DNA of 64,000 nucleotides from Candidatus Moraniibacteriota bacterium (GTDB lineage Bacteria; Patescibacteriota; Minisyncoccia; Moranbacterales; UBA1568). Positions 45,220 through 54,618 of this stretch are shown in pieces. The position numbers were made by a program, and so were the translations under genes. The stretch covers positions 584,788 to 648,787 of the forward strand of contig CP064989.1 of assembly GCA_016699875.1 (NCBI GenBank), read 5' to 3'. Under the pieces are notes generated by a model that searched no databases, was not told where the DNA came from, and was given only the letters and a program-made list of their open reading frames with translations. Position 1 is the first letter of the stretch. The number at the start of each line of letters is the position of its first letter.

Positions 45220-47877
45220 CTATGATGTTTCCGATGGGGCGGTGGTCTTTACGTCTTTCGAGGTTTTGACTTCGTTGCCGTTATTGTCTTTGAGGCGAGC
45301 TTCGACGGAGAGGGTGTCGCCGCGCTTTCCATTGGGGATGGCGTAGGTAGTGGAGAGTGAGTCGCTACCACTCGAGTCTACTTTGTCTCCATCAACGAAT
45401 ATTTCCAATGAGTCGACGCCATAGGGCGCATCGCCTTCGGCAGAAATGGAGAACGACGCATCTGAGGTTTCGCTTGGGACGGAGAGAGAAATGCTCGGTC
45501 CGAACTTTGAAGAAAAGTCTTTCTCGGAGCACTTCTCCGTTGGTGGGCTTTCGAATATGACCTTCTTGTCTTTGCCGTACCATTCTTCGGCAGCTTTATC
45601 CCAGAGTTTGTATTGCGGATCGCGATCGGGCTTGTCGGGAATGGGACCGCGAGGATCGTTTCGGTCGACATAGAAGAGGATGTCGTGCGGACTGATGAAA
45701 TCGCGCTTGAACTGTTCCTTTTCCGGACAGGCATCGCTTGCGAGGCAGAGATTGTCGCTTTTTGGTATCTCGCAAACCTTTACACCTTCTTTCTTCTCAA
45801 TCCATCCACCGAGGAGTGGCTTCGTGATTTTGGGGAAATGCGGATCGAGTGGATCATCTGTTTGATCGGTTGTCTCTGTTGTTTCAGATGGGGCGTTTTC
45901 TGTAGCGGTATCGGTGCTGTTGTCGGACTCGGTTTCTTTGAGATCGCCGTCATTGTCGCGCGGTACGATCTCATCGTCCGGATTGTATTTCGGAAATTCT
46001 TCGACGGCGGTATTCTCGAGCGCCTTGTCCAGAAAGGCTCGCCAGATGGGAGCGGCTACATAGGAGCCGTCGGAGCCGGGTTTCATGGGGGTGTTGTCGT
46101 TGTTTCCCGCCCAGACGCCAACAGCGAGAGAGGGAGTATAGCCGATGGTCCAGGCGTCGCGCCACTCATTCGTGGTGCCGGTTTTGGCGACAACGGGTCG
46201 ATTGTCAAAACGAAGCGGGCTGTTGGCGCCGAAGACCCAGGCTCGGTTGTCATTGTTGGAGAGCACAGAGTCGAGCATGGCAACGAACTTCTCGGCAACG
46301 ATGCGTTCGCCGGGAGAATCTTGGTATTCCTCTTGTACTTCGCCCTTGGAATTTTCGATGCGAAGTATGGCGGTTTTCTCGTGCTTAATGCCTCCGGTTG
46401 CCAGCGTGGCGTAGGCGTTCACATGGTCGAGCAGCTTCACTTCGCCGCCACCCAAGACAAGAGAAAGTCCGTAGCGATCTGGCTGATTGAGTGTCGTGAT
46501 GCCGAGATTTTTTGCGAGTGTGATGGCATCTTTCACGCCAACCAAATAGAGCACTTTGACAGCGGGAATGTTGAGCGAGCCGCCGAGCGCCTTCATGAGT
46601 GCAATGGGACCATGAAAAGTGCCGTCATAGTTTTGCGGTTCATAGGACTTGCCGTCGTCAGTGGAGAAATTTGTGGGCACATCGTAGAGAACTGTTTCGG
46701 GAACATAGCCTTTGGTAAAGGCATCGAGATAGACATAGGGTTTGAAGGATGATCCCGGTTGGCGGTCTCGGATGGCGACATTGACCTGCCCGTCTATTTT
46801 GGTATCGAAGTAGTTCTTCGATCCGACCATGGCGAGGATCTGTCCGGTTTTGGGATCGATGGCGACGAGCGAGGCATTCTCGGCATTGTAGCGAAGGTTT
46901 TTCTCGGCACCTTCGGAGACGGCTTGTTCGGCAGCTTGCTGTTTATCCCAGTCGAGCGTGGTAATTACTTTGAGTCCACCTTGCTCGATTTGGTCATCGC
47001 CATAGTGCTTGGCGAGGTATTCTTTCACGTACATGACGAAGTGCGGCGCTGAAATCTGTTCGTGCTGAGGGGTGAGTTTTTCGAGTGTATCAATCGCCTT
47101 TGCTTCATCCGCCTGGTCGGCGGTGATATAGCCAAGGCTTGCCATGGCGGTGAGTGCCTTGGCTTGGCGCGCTTTGAGCTCTTCGAGATGTGATCCGTAG
47201 GGAGAGTAGTAGGTTGGCGCATTGGGGAGCGAAGCGAGGAGGGCGGACTCGTCGAGTGTCAGGTCTTTCGCGTTTTTGCCGAAGAACGTTTGCGCTGCCG
47301 CTTCGAGTCCGTAGGCGTTTGAGCCATAGGGGATTTCATTTAAGTACATCGCGAGAATTTCGTCTTTCGAAAATTTTTGCTCCATTTCGACGGATAGTAT
47401 CGCTTCCTTGATTTTTCGCGTGAATGTTTTTTCCGGCGTGAGAAGGGAATTCTTTACAAACTGCTGGGTGATAGTGGATCCGCCCTGCTGGGCACCGCCG
47501 CCGACGAAGTCTTTGAAAACGGCGCGCATGATGGAGGAGAACTTGATGCCGTGGTGGGAATAGAAATCCTGATCTTCGAGCGTGATCGTTGCCGCGCGAA
47601 CCGTTTCGGGCATTTCGGAGAATGGGATGATAGTGCGCTTTTCTTCACCGTGCACTTCATAGAGGAGATGCTCTCCGGTGCGATCAAGTATCTTGGTCGA
47701 TTCAGCAATAAAGCGCGCGTTGACTTTTCCGGGACTCGGAAGGTCTTTGGCGAAGTAAGCGAAGACGCCGATAACGGAAATCACGCCAGCCAGAAAACAT
47801 CCGAGGAATATTCGGAGCACCCATTTCCAAAAGCCGGATTTTTTCTTGGGCGATGAAGGGGATAGAGACTTCTTCAT
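45220..47877 (-). CDS. Class A penicillin-binding protein (PBP1A: GT51 transglycosylase + transpeptidase) with a low-complexity C-terminal extension
   Basis: GT51 'FYSHHGIKFSSIMRAVFKDFVGGGAQQGGSTITQQFVKN'. Transpeptidase 'SSFKP' (SxxK), 'SLN', 'KTGTT'. Signal-anchor 'WKWVLRIFLGCFLAGVISVIGVFAYF'. The 47877 start is preferred over the track's 48069. Confidence 0.88.
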   Translation of the reverse strand: MKKSLSPSSPKKKSGFWKWVLRIFLGCFLAGVISVIGVFAYFAKDLPSPGKVNARFIAESTKILDRTGEHLLYEVHGEEKRTIIPFSEMPETVRAATITLEDQDFYSHHGIKFSSIMRAVFKDFVGGGAQQGGSTITQQFVKNSLLTPEKTFTRKIKEAILSVEMEQKFSKDEILAMYLNEIPYGSNAYGLEAAAQTFFGKNAKDLTLDESALLASLPNAPTYYSPYGSHLEELKARQAKALTAMASLGYITADQADEAKAIDTLEKLTPQHEQISAPHFVMYVKEYLAKHYGDDQIEQGGLKVITTLDWDKQQAAEQAVSEGAEKNLRYNAENASLVAIDPKTGQILAMVGSKNYFDTKIDGQVNVAIRDRQPGSSFKPYVYLDAFTKGYVPETVLYDVPTNFSTDDGKSYEPQNYDGTFHGPIALMKALGGSLNIPAVKVLYLVGVKDAITLAKNLGITTLNQPDRYGLSLVLGGGEVKLLDHVNAYATLATGGIKHEKTAILRIENSKGEVQEEYQDSPGERIVAEKFVAMLDSVLSNNDNRAWVFGANSPLRFDNRPVVAKTGTTNEWRDAWTIGYTPSLAVGVWAGNNDNTPMKPGSDGSYVAAPIWRAFLDKALENTAVEEFPKYNPDDEIVPRDNDGDLKETESDNSTDTATENAPSETTETTDQTDDPLDPHFPKITKPLLGGWIEKKEGVKVCEIPKSDNLCLASDACPEKEQFKRDFISPHDILFYVDRNDPRGPIPDKPDRDPQYKLWDKAAEEWYGKDKKVIFESPPTEKCSEKDFSSKFGPSISLSVPSETSDASFSISAEGDAPYGVDSLEIFVDGDKVDSSGSDSLSTTYAIPNGKRGDTLSVEARLKDNNGNEVKTSKDVKTTAPSETS

Positions 47878-48155
47878 AGCGTCCTGTGGGAGATTGACGG
47901 TGCCAAGCGGTCCGCGGGAAAACGTTGGTATATAGCGGCGACGGGAGAAGCGCGCGCACCAGCGTCCGACTGCCGAATCGGCGAGCCGGGAGGGAAGTGA
48001 ATCCGGATCTCTCCGAAGCCGTTGCCAGGCATCTCTCGCCTCTCGGATGACCTTCTGCAGATGCTCCATTCGTTTGAAGAAAAGCGTATTCCCAAACGGA
48101 CTCTGTGCGCATGTCCGTCAGATTACCCACATTGTAGCGCGGAGAAGCGGTTGGT

Positions 48156-50120
48156 TCAAGGAGCTAGAATGAATTGATCTTTCATTCTTTCCCATATCTT
48201 AAGGCAATAATATTTCGGAGTTTTTATATCTTCAGGATTAAGGAATCCACTTCGAAGAAGAAATGTAAGGGCGTTCAAGTTTGCCCCACCAATGAAAACA
48301 TATTTTTCCAACCCATGTTTTTTTAACTCCCGAAAAAGTCTTACTTGTTCGAGATATACGGTGTCCTTGCTTTTGGCAAGAAATCCTTTCTGTGACGAAA
48401 GGTCTGATCCATCTTTGAAGAGACGCTGGGATCTATTAATGGATAGCCTAAGGTTTTTCCGCATTTCTTTTTTGAAATCTTCATCGGAAAGTGTCCCAGC
48501 TGATTTTTCTTGTCGAGGGATCTTCATGGCGCTCTCATAGAATTCTTTGACGCAATCAAGGTAATTTCCCCCGTCAATTTTTTTCTGCATAGCGCGAATA
48601 TAGTGCGGATGCGGCGGAGAGTTAAAGCCGAATGCTTCTTTGGAGACAATGTCTTGGTTGTTCATGGCTCCGCATTCGGCAAAAACTAATGACCGTCCAC
48701 TCCCGAGTTTTTTGAAAAGTCGAAGTGGTATTTTCGATCTATTTTCGTATTGAAGAACATGACCTTCTATTTCATGGGCAAGTGCTATTGATATAGCAGC
48801 TACAACAGATTTTCTACTGGTTCCGCACTGAATAATTTTTTTCTTTCCATTTACTGACATTGATGTGATCTCTTTTCGAGTAATAAATTGCCACTTATTA
48901 TCCGGAGCTGGACCGATTCTGTCCGGATCGTATTCCGATGCCGGTTGGTTGCTTAAAAGGTCGTAGGAACGAAGAGTTTCCTCGGCGAGTTCTCGCAAAT
49001 TCTCTTCAGAGATAGCAGTTTCGTCCCCTATCTTTTCCGGGTCGAGATTTTTTTTCACGATATTTTCTCGTTTACGGATTTTTCCTTCGTAGGATTCTTC
49101 TTCAATCTCCGAAGCAAATTGACTAAGTTCTTCCCCGACTTGTTGTCTCCATCCCGATGAAGTTTCTTCGTGCACTACGCCATGTATGAACTTATCGTAA
49201 CGCGAGAGGTTTGTTTCCGGCTGTTTCCGTATGAGTTCAAGTGCTGATTTTTCCGCTTCAGTTAGGTTTTCATGCCCAAGGAGTTCCGCTTTACGTTCAA
49301 TGTCAAAAATCGAGGAGGTGCTTTCCGCAATCATCTCATTGACTCTTGATTGGTAAAGCTGCAAAATATTGAGAAGAGTTTCCTGCTTAGGCGAGGAGGG
49401 GTACTTTTTTAGGGAGTCTTTCTGCCGCTTTATCTTTTCCTTGAATTGACGCAGTTTTAAAATTTTTTCGACGTTTTTTTCTGTGTCGAGGTGAATCTTG
49501 ACGGGATCGGGCATGAGTACGTTGTTGATTCTGATGGTTCCGTTGTGATCGGCAGTGTCAATGAGCGATGTAAATAGATTTGTGTCGCTGTAGTCTTGAG
49601 ATCGTCCAGCAATACCCATTCGTTCTTTTGATGAGAGGTGGGCGATGATCGGTGTGGCCTCATAGAGAAATCTTCGTATTGACTCTTGTGTGTTTCCAGT
49701 GGATTCTAGACTAATACCGGTTATTTTCTCAAAGTCTTTGCGACCCGCTTCAGTGAGAAGATATCCACTATAAAAAGTTGAAGATCTTGGTGATATATCT
49801 GATATACTTTCCAATATATCGCCGAGCAAGTCTTCCATGTTCTTTATTTCTTCGCGCTCTTCGAAAGAAAGTTGGATCTTTTCTCCTCTGCCACTATCAA
49901 AATCGGCAAGCGCCCGAATCTTTTCTTCGAGATGATCTGACGGCCGTTCCGGGTAAAATCCCCGTGGATCTCTTTTGTCATCTTGATTCTTCGGGAGGAG
50001 TTCCAATGAATTCATAGAAAATTTTTGTTTTTCGATTGGGCGCTTTGGATGGCTGCATTTATTTACTGGCTCGCTTTTCAAGAGATTCGAGAGTTTTTTG
50101 TATAAACAGTTCTGATCCAA
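48156..50120 (-). CDS. HExxH zincin-like metallopeptidase, DUF1704/MATCAP-like (gluzincin arrangement)
   Basis: 'IALAHEIEGHVLQ', with 'FAECGAMN' about 25 residues downstream supplying a third-ligand Glu. Long charged N-terminal region. An alternative start at Met 50015 would remove the overlap with the upstream gene. Confidence 0.5.
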   Translation of the reverse strand: MDQNCLYKKLSNLLKSEPVNKCSHPKRPIEKQKFSMNSLELLPKNQDDKRDPRGFYPERPSDHLEEKIRALADFDSGRGEKIQLSFEEREEIKNMEDLLGDILESISDISPRSSTFYSGYLLTEAGRKDFEKITGISLESTGNTQESIRRFLYEATPIIAHLSSKERMGIAGRSQDYSDTNLFTSLIDTADHNGTIRINNVLMPDPVKIHLDTEKNVEKILKLRQFKEKIKRQKDSLKKYPSSPKQETLLNILQLYQSRVNEMIAESTSSIFDIERKAELLGHENLTEAEKSALELIRKQPETNLSRYDKFIHGVVHEETSSGWRQQVGEELSQFASEIEEESYEGKIRKRENIVKKNLDPEKIGDETAISEENLRELAEETLRSYDLLSNQPASEYDPDRIGPAPDNKWQFITRKEITSMSVNGKKKIIQCGTSRKSVVAAISIALAHEIEGHVLQYENRSKIPLRLFKKLGSGRSLVFAECGAMNNQDIVSKEAFGFNSPPHPHYIRAMQKKIDGGNYLDCVKEFYESAMKIPRQEKSAGTLSDEDFKKEMRKNLRLSINRSQRLFKDGSDLSSQKGFLAKSKDTVYLEQVRLFRELKKHGLEKYVFIGGANLNALTFLLRSGFLNPEDIKTPKYYCLKIWERMKDQFILAP

Positions 50121-51003
50121 TCATAGCTTCTGTTGGAAAACCTATTTGATCGTTTAGTTCGAAAACAAAGGGCGTTGTCTTATTTTGAATCCCGAAATCT
50201 ATTGAATAGAGAGGGAAGTCATATTTTTTATCGAGAAGGGATTGAATTTCCCCTGTTGCTGTTTGTATAAATTGAGGAATGGCATCTAGTGGAATTTCTC
50301 GTATGGATCCGCCTTGCGCGACGTTGGCAAGGAGTGAGCCGGGTTTTGGCTCTCTTACGTGACTCAGGACAACCTCTCCATCTACAATAACAATGCGGAG
50401 ATCGTGGTGGGATTTGGCTATTTTTGGAATTCCGAGAGAGGTGTCGACAAACCCTTGAAGGGTGTATTCGTTGCCGTCTTCTATGTGAAATTGCGCTATT
50501 TTGCTTGGCGTGTCGATAAGAATGCCTTTCCCTTGCATGCCTCGGGCTGGCTTGAGGACAATCTTTGAATCTCTATTGCATTTCTTGATGCAAGTGGAAA
50601 GATCTCCTTGTGTGCGAATGCAGAAGCTTTCCGGCATGTATTTCCCCAGAATCTCTTTTTGGGCATTCTTGTCATTACAAAGCTGTTTAAATTCAATGCA
50701 ATTTAACACTTTGCTCCCGATTTCTTTCGGAGGGAAACCCAATCCTCCACTTCTATCGAAGATTGCGTCAGCACGTACTTCCCGTTGGTAAGGTTCGAAA
50801 TGGTCAGAATTATATACAAAAGTGTTTCTAAACAGTAGCGAGTGCCTGTGGTTTTCTTCTCCGCTCGCAATGAACATGTTAAATCCACGTAGAACTCCTT
50901 GCTGAAAAAACTTATGGTATACAGATCTCTTTGTTCCGAATGTTTCAAATGGATCGCGGGAGAGAGGGCGTTTTCGAAAATACATGACTATGTTCTTTCG
51001 CAT
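50059..51003 (-). CDS. ATP-grasp superfamily ligase
   Basis: 'KIVLKPARGMQGKGILI', 'DLRIVIVDGEVVLSHVR', 'SLLANVAQGGSIREI', 'FVFELNDQIGFP' follow the ATP-grasp fold order. Confidence 0.6.
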   Translation of the reverse strand: MRKNIVMYFRKRPLSRDPFETFGTKRSVYHKFFQQGVLRGFNMFIASGEENHRHSLLFRNTFVYNSDHFEPYQREVRADAIFDRSGGLGFPPKEIGSKVLNCIEFKQLCNDKNAQKEILGKYMPESFCIRTQGDLSTCIKKCNRDSKIVLKPARGMQGKGILIDTPSKIAQFHIEDGNEYTLQGFVDTSLGIPKIAKSHHDLRIVIVDGEVVLSHVREPKPGSLLANVAQGGSIREIPLDAIPQFIQTATGEIQSLLDKKYDFPLYSIDFGIQNKTTPFVFELNDQIGFPTEAMIGSELFIQKTLESLEKRASK

Positions 51004-51899
51004 AGGGCGAGATATTCAGAAAGTTTTTCAATTTCGTTTGAGATTTCTTCATCAAGTGTGAACTCCGGACAGCTATTTACCTCGAATATTATAGGAGAGT
51101 CTTCTTTGTTGATGACGACATCAACTCCTGCAACTTCTATATTGGTTGTCCTTGCCGCAAGAATAGCCGCTTCTTTTGCAACGAGTTCAACATGTGCTGG
51201 GTCTATAAATTCTTCGGTAGCGCCCAAGTGCACATTGTTTCTAAACTCTCGTCCGCGGTCTCGAACTTTTTTCTCGGCAACGGCGACAGTATTCCCTAAA
51301 ACAAGAAGTCTGTACTCAAATGTGTTATCTATGAATTCTTGAAGAAATAACATTCTTTTTTCCGGTAGTGCTTGTCTTTTATGGAGAATATCTTTTAAAT
51401 CCTCCCGGTTCTTTGCAAGAAAAACACCTAATCCGTGAGAAGTGTTCGATTCTTTTATGACCACGGGAAATCCAAGGTATTTGGAAGCATTTTCGATATG
51501 CGCATCTGTGTATGAGGGCGAGAAGTATGTCCTCGGGATTGGGACTTCAGCTTCCGCAAGGTTAAGCATTTGTACTATTTTGGCCGAATCGGAAGCGTCT
51601 TTGGTTTGCTTATGAAAAGGATCCAGAAATCGTATGGATGACTTTTCGCATGTCCGTGCCAATAGGTGTGCGGCGCATTTTTGTCGGCCAACTTTTCGCG
51701 GATAAATGGTTGACCATGTGGAAATGGGAAGGTTTTCTATGAGAACATTGACACTTCCTGGTTCTATAAAGAATTCCGTCTGTTCGAAATTTGATATCTG
51801 GTAGTCAATATGTAACTTTTCTAACTGCTTTTCAATATGTGTCAAGAAATCCCTCGATTTTGTGCTTGGGGATTCTTTGTCTAGTAGGAGGAGCAGCAT
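50988..51899 (-). CDS. RimK-like ATP-grasp ligase (alpha-L-glutamate-ligase family)
   Basis: 'LGFPVVIKESNTSHGLGVFLA', 'FLQEFIDNTFEYRLLVLGNTVAVAEKK', 'FRNNVHLGATEE', 'VAGVDVVINKEDSPIIFEVNSCPEF'. Confidence 0.7.
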   Translation of the reverse strand: MLLLLLDKESPSTKSRDFLTHIEKQLEKLHIDYQISNFEQTEFFIEPGSVNVLIENLPISTWSTIYPRKVGRQKCAAHLLARTCEKSSIRFLDPFHKQTKDASDSAKIVQMLNLAEAEVPIPRTYFSPSYTDAHIENASKYLGFPVVIKESNTSHGLGVFLAKNREDLKDILHKRQALPEKRMLFLQEFIDNTFEYRLLVLGNTVAVAEKKVRDRGREFRNNVHLGATEEFIDPAHVELVAKEAAILAARTTNIEVAGVDVVINKEDSPIIFEVNSCPEFTLDEEISNEIEKLSEYLALCERT

Positions 51900-51918
51900 A
51901 AATATTTGAGTTTATTTT

Positions 51919-53334
51919 TTATTTGCTGGCGTCTATGAGGAATTTCCGCAAGCTCTTTCTTCCAATAATAGCAGGATATTCAAGATGTGATCTTTCGACA
52001 ACACTTGCTTTTGAAGGGACGTCGATTCCATCAAGAATGAATGAAAGCGATATCTTCGGCCTCATGGTGAATCCGTTTGAAGCATACACAAAGGTAATAC
52101 CAGCGAGGTCCGGATGTACGCTTTTGTACTTCTTATCATATTCGTCGGAGAGGGCTCGAAGCTCAGATCTGTCTGCTGTATTGGGAGTGGGAATTGTTCT
52201 GAAAAACTCCAGCACATCTCCAAATCCCAGCTCTCGCGCGAGTTCGGTGTCGATGGAGGTGGAGTCGGCGCCGGTATCGATTTTGGCTTCTACTTCTATT
52301 TCCTTGCCGTTTCTCCCGATGAGCTTCACCTTTTCCACTGTGCCGATGATTTTCTTTCCGGAGATTTCTTCAAGTTCTTCTTCGATTTCACCGCCGAAGA
52401 GATCCATGCCCATGCGAATGCCTTTTTCAGCTGTCTTTATGGCGAGTCCGGCGACGCGTTCGAGACGGCCTTTGAGTCCGTCGAGATTGGCTACTTGGAT
52501 GGAGAGTCCCGGGCGGGCATTCAGTTCGAGGAAGACCGGACCGCGATCGCGATCAATCGCGATGTCGGCGCCCAAGAAGCCGAGCCCGGAGACTTGCTGC
52601 GCCTCGACGGCCATTTTGAGGATATCTTTCCAGTAGGGGATGCGGATACCGGAGAGGACGAGTCGGGTGCCGGGAATGTTTTCGATGATTCGATTCTTGC
52701 CCCAGACAGCGGTCGTGGTAGTGCCGGAAGCAAGGTCGATGCCGACGCCGATCGCGCCCTGCTGGAGATTGGCGCGCCCGCCGGATTCTTTTGTAGGAAG
52801 GCGGAGCATCGCCATGACGGGCACTTTGTTGTATACGACGATACGGATATCGGGGACGCCTTTGAATGTGTAGGGCTTGAAAAGTTTGAGGAGTTTGAGG
52901 CGCTCTTCGAAGAATGCGGAGTCGGGAATATTGGCAAGCGAGAATGAGCCGTCGAGAATATTCCTGATGTGTGTTTTGAGATCTTCGACCGTGACAAGTG
53001 ATCCGTCGGCTTTGATCCAGGTGTGCTCCGCATCTTTCTTTTTCCCGTATACAACCAAGATGCCTTCGCCACCGAAACCGTGATTGGGTTTGAGAGCGAA
53101 GCTTCCCGGGAGCAAAGACCAGTCGAAACTTTCCAAATCTTGCGCGGTCTTGACGCGAGCAAGAAGGGCGGGGACGGGAAGCTCGTTTTTTTTCAGAAGG
53201 CGTTTGCAGGCCATCTTGTCATCGGCAAGGCGCTTCGAACGGCGCCGATTGTACGGGCGCAGGTAGTCGAGGTTTCGCGCATTCATTCCAAGAATATTGC
53301 GACTCTTTTTCCAGGCTTCGAAAACATGAAACAT
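51919..53334 (-). CDS. Fusion protein: N-terminal RimK-like ATP-grasp ligase + C-terminal retropepsin-like domain ('putative ATP-dependent Zn protease', RimB-like)
   Basis: ATP-grasp 'SFALKPNHGFGGEGILVV', 'IRIVVYNKVPVMAMLR', 'ANLQQGAIGVGID', 'FLGADIAIDRDRGPVFLELNARPG'. C-terminal 'VEAKIDTGADSTSID' carries the aspartyl-protease DTGA motif. Start chosen at Met 53334, 11 nt after the upstream gene's stop. Confidence 0.65.
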   Translation of the reverse strand: MFHVFEAWKKSRNILGMNARNLDYLRPYNRRRSKRLADDKMACKRLLKKNELPVPALLARVKTAQDLESFDWSLLPGSFALKPNHGFGGEGILVVYGKKKDAEHTWIKADGSLVTVEDLKTHIRNILDGSFSLANIPDSAFFEERLKLLKLFKPYTFKGVPDIRIVVYNKVPVMAMLRLPTKESGGRANLQQGAIGVGIDLASGTTTTAVWGKNRIIENIPGTRLVLSGIRIPYWKDILKMAVEAQQVSGLGFLGADIAIDRDRGPVFLELNARPGLSIQVANLDGLKGRLERVAGLAIKTAEKGIRMGMDLFGGEIEEELEEISGKKIIGTVEKVKLIGRNGKEIEVEAKIDTGADSTSIDTELARELGFGDVLEFFRTIPTPNTADRSELRALSDEYDKKYKSVHPDLAGITFVYASNGFTMRPKISLSFILDGIDVPSKASVVERSHLEYPAIIGRKSLRKFLIDASK

Positions 53335-53345
53335 AGACGACAGTG

Positions 53346-54014
53346 CTACGATTTCAACAATTTCGAGAAACGCAGGTATTCCGAAAGGCGCAATCCTCTC
53401 CAGCGACCGAGGAATATATTTACGGGAATCGTGAGAAGAACGATCCACGGTGAAAGGAGAAGGATGCTGGCGAGTGCTTGAGAGCGCGCGAGGAAATACC
53501 CGACGAGCGAGATAAAGAGTGTCTCTGTCGCCAGAACAAGCGCGGTTTTGTCTCCCTTCTCGATTTGCGTGGCGACAAATTTCTCAACTAAGGTGATCAT
53601 GATAAGGAGCGGGAAAATGGAAACCGAAGCGAGTCCGGTTCGGTGGAGGTATCCACCGGCGACGAGTATGCCCAAAATGACGATCGCGACAATGGTAAGC
53701 GTGATGGCAACGCGCGGAAGATAGAGAAGGCGGAGTCGGCGGAGAACGAGTCGCGAGAGCATGCCGATGAGAATGATGCTTACAAAGATGGCGATGCCAT
53801 ATTTGAGACCTCCCGGATCAAAGGCAAGAAAAGCGAATGTAACAATCGATGGCGTGTAGATGCCAAATGCCTTGATGCCGATCACTTGCCGAAAAAAAGC
53901 GACGAGCGTGACAACGAGCGGAAACATGAGGATGTACCGGATCGTGTCGATGGGCACGCCCTGATCGACAAAATTAAGAAAGAGCGGATGAAGAGACATA
54001 GGATGGAAAATCAA
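53346..54014 (-). CDS. Seven-TM membrane protein, first gene of the ATP-grasp/peptidase operon
   Basis: 222 aa with seven clear hydrophobic helices. It resembles the 7-TM modules reported next to RimK-like ligases, but that is a recollection that cannot be verified here. Confidence 0.5.
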   Translation of the reverse strand: MIFHPMSLHPLFLNFVDQGVPIDTIRYILMFPLVVTLVAFFRQVIGIKAFGIYTPSIVTFAFLAFDPGGLKYGIAIFVSIILIGMLSRLVLRRLRLLYLPRVAITLTIVAIVILGILVAGGYLHRTGLASVSIFPLLIMITLVEKFVATQIEKGDKTALVLATETLFISLVGYFLARSQALASILLLSPWIVLLTIPVNIFLGRWRGLRLSEYLRFSKLLKS

Positions 54015-54043
54015 ATTTCAAATGTTTCATCGATACCTATCTT

Positions 54044-54541
54044 CTATATGTTTTGTTTGAGCATGTTTTGGTATGTCCGGCTGTTGGCATGGCAAAGGGC
54101 AAGGGCAAGGGCGTCGGCGACGTCATCGGGTTTGGGTATTTCAGAGAGTTTCAAGATGCTCTTGATCATGATTTGCATCTGTTTTTTTTCGGCACGTCCG
54201 TATCCGGTGAGCGACTGCTTTACCTGGAGCGGCGTATACTCAGACAGCCTAATGCCCAGAGTCTGAAGCGTCAAGAGTATGGCTCCGCGGGCTTGACTCA
54301 CGGCGATTACTGTTTTCTGATTCTTAAAGAAAAATATCTTCTCTACGGAAGCTTCGGAAGGAGTGTATCGCTTGGCGATTTCCCGGAGGTCTCGGGAGAT
54401 TTCGGCAATACGTTCGGAGAGTGGAAGTGCGGGGCTGGTGGAAATATGTCCGTAGGCGATGGCAGTCATAGTGTTCCCATTGACTTCGAGGACTCCCCAT
54501 CCGACAGTCGCTGTTCCAGGGTCAATACCGAGTATTCTCAT
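54044..54541 (-). CDS. ruvC: Holliday-junction resolvase RuvC
   Basis: 'MRILGIDPGTATVGWGVLE', acidic catalytic residues, 165 aa. Confidence 0.88.
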   Translation of the reverse strand: MRILGIDPGTATVGWGVLEVNGNTMTAIAYGHISTSPALPLSERIAEISRDLREIAKRYTPSEASVEKIFFFKNQKTVIAVSQARGAILLTLQTLGIRLSEYTPLQVKQSLTGYGRAEKKQMQIMIKSILKLSEIPKPDDVADALALALCHANSRTYQNMLKQNI

Positions 54542-54618
54542 GAAAGTAGGTCTTCACGGGCAGCTGATAACAAGTAACGGAATAAGTCGATGCGTATCTC
54601 GCGGTTGTTGACTGTTGG

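Noticed and set aside
45613-46752. 379-aa plus-strand ORF
   Set aside because: Antisense to PBP1A; Gly/Val/Ala-rich as expected for the reverse frame of a GC-moderate gene.
52114-53162. Plus-strand ORF 52114..52947 and minus-strand ORF 52521..53162
   Set aside because: Overlap the RimK-like fusion gene in other frames; no motifs; low-complexity.
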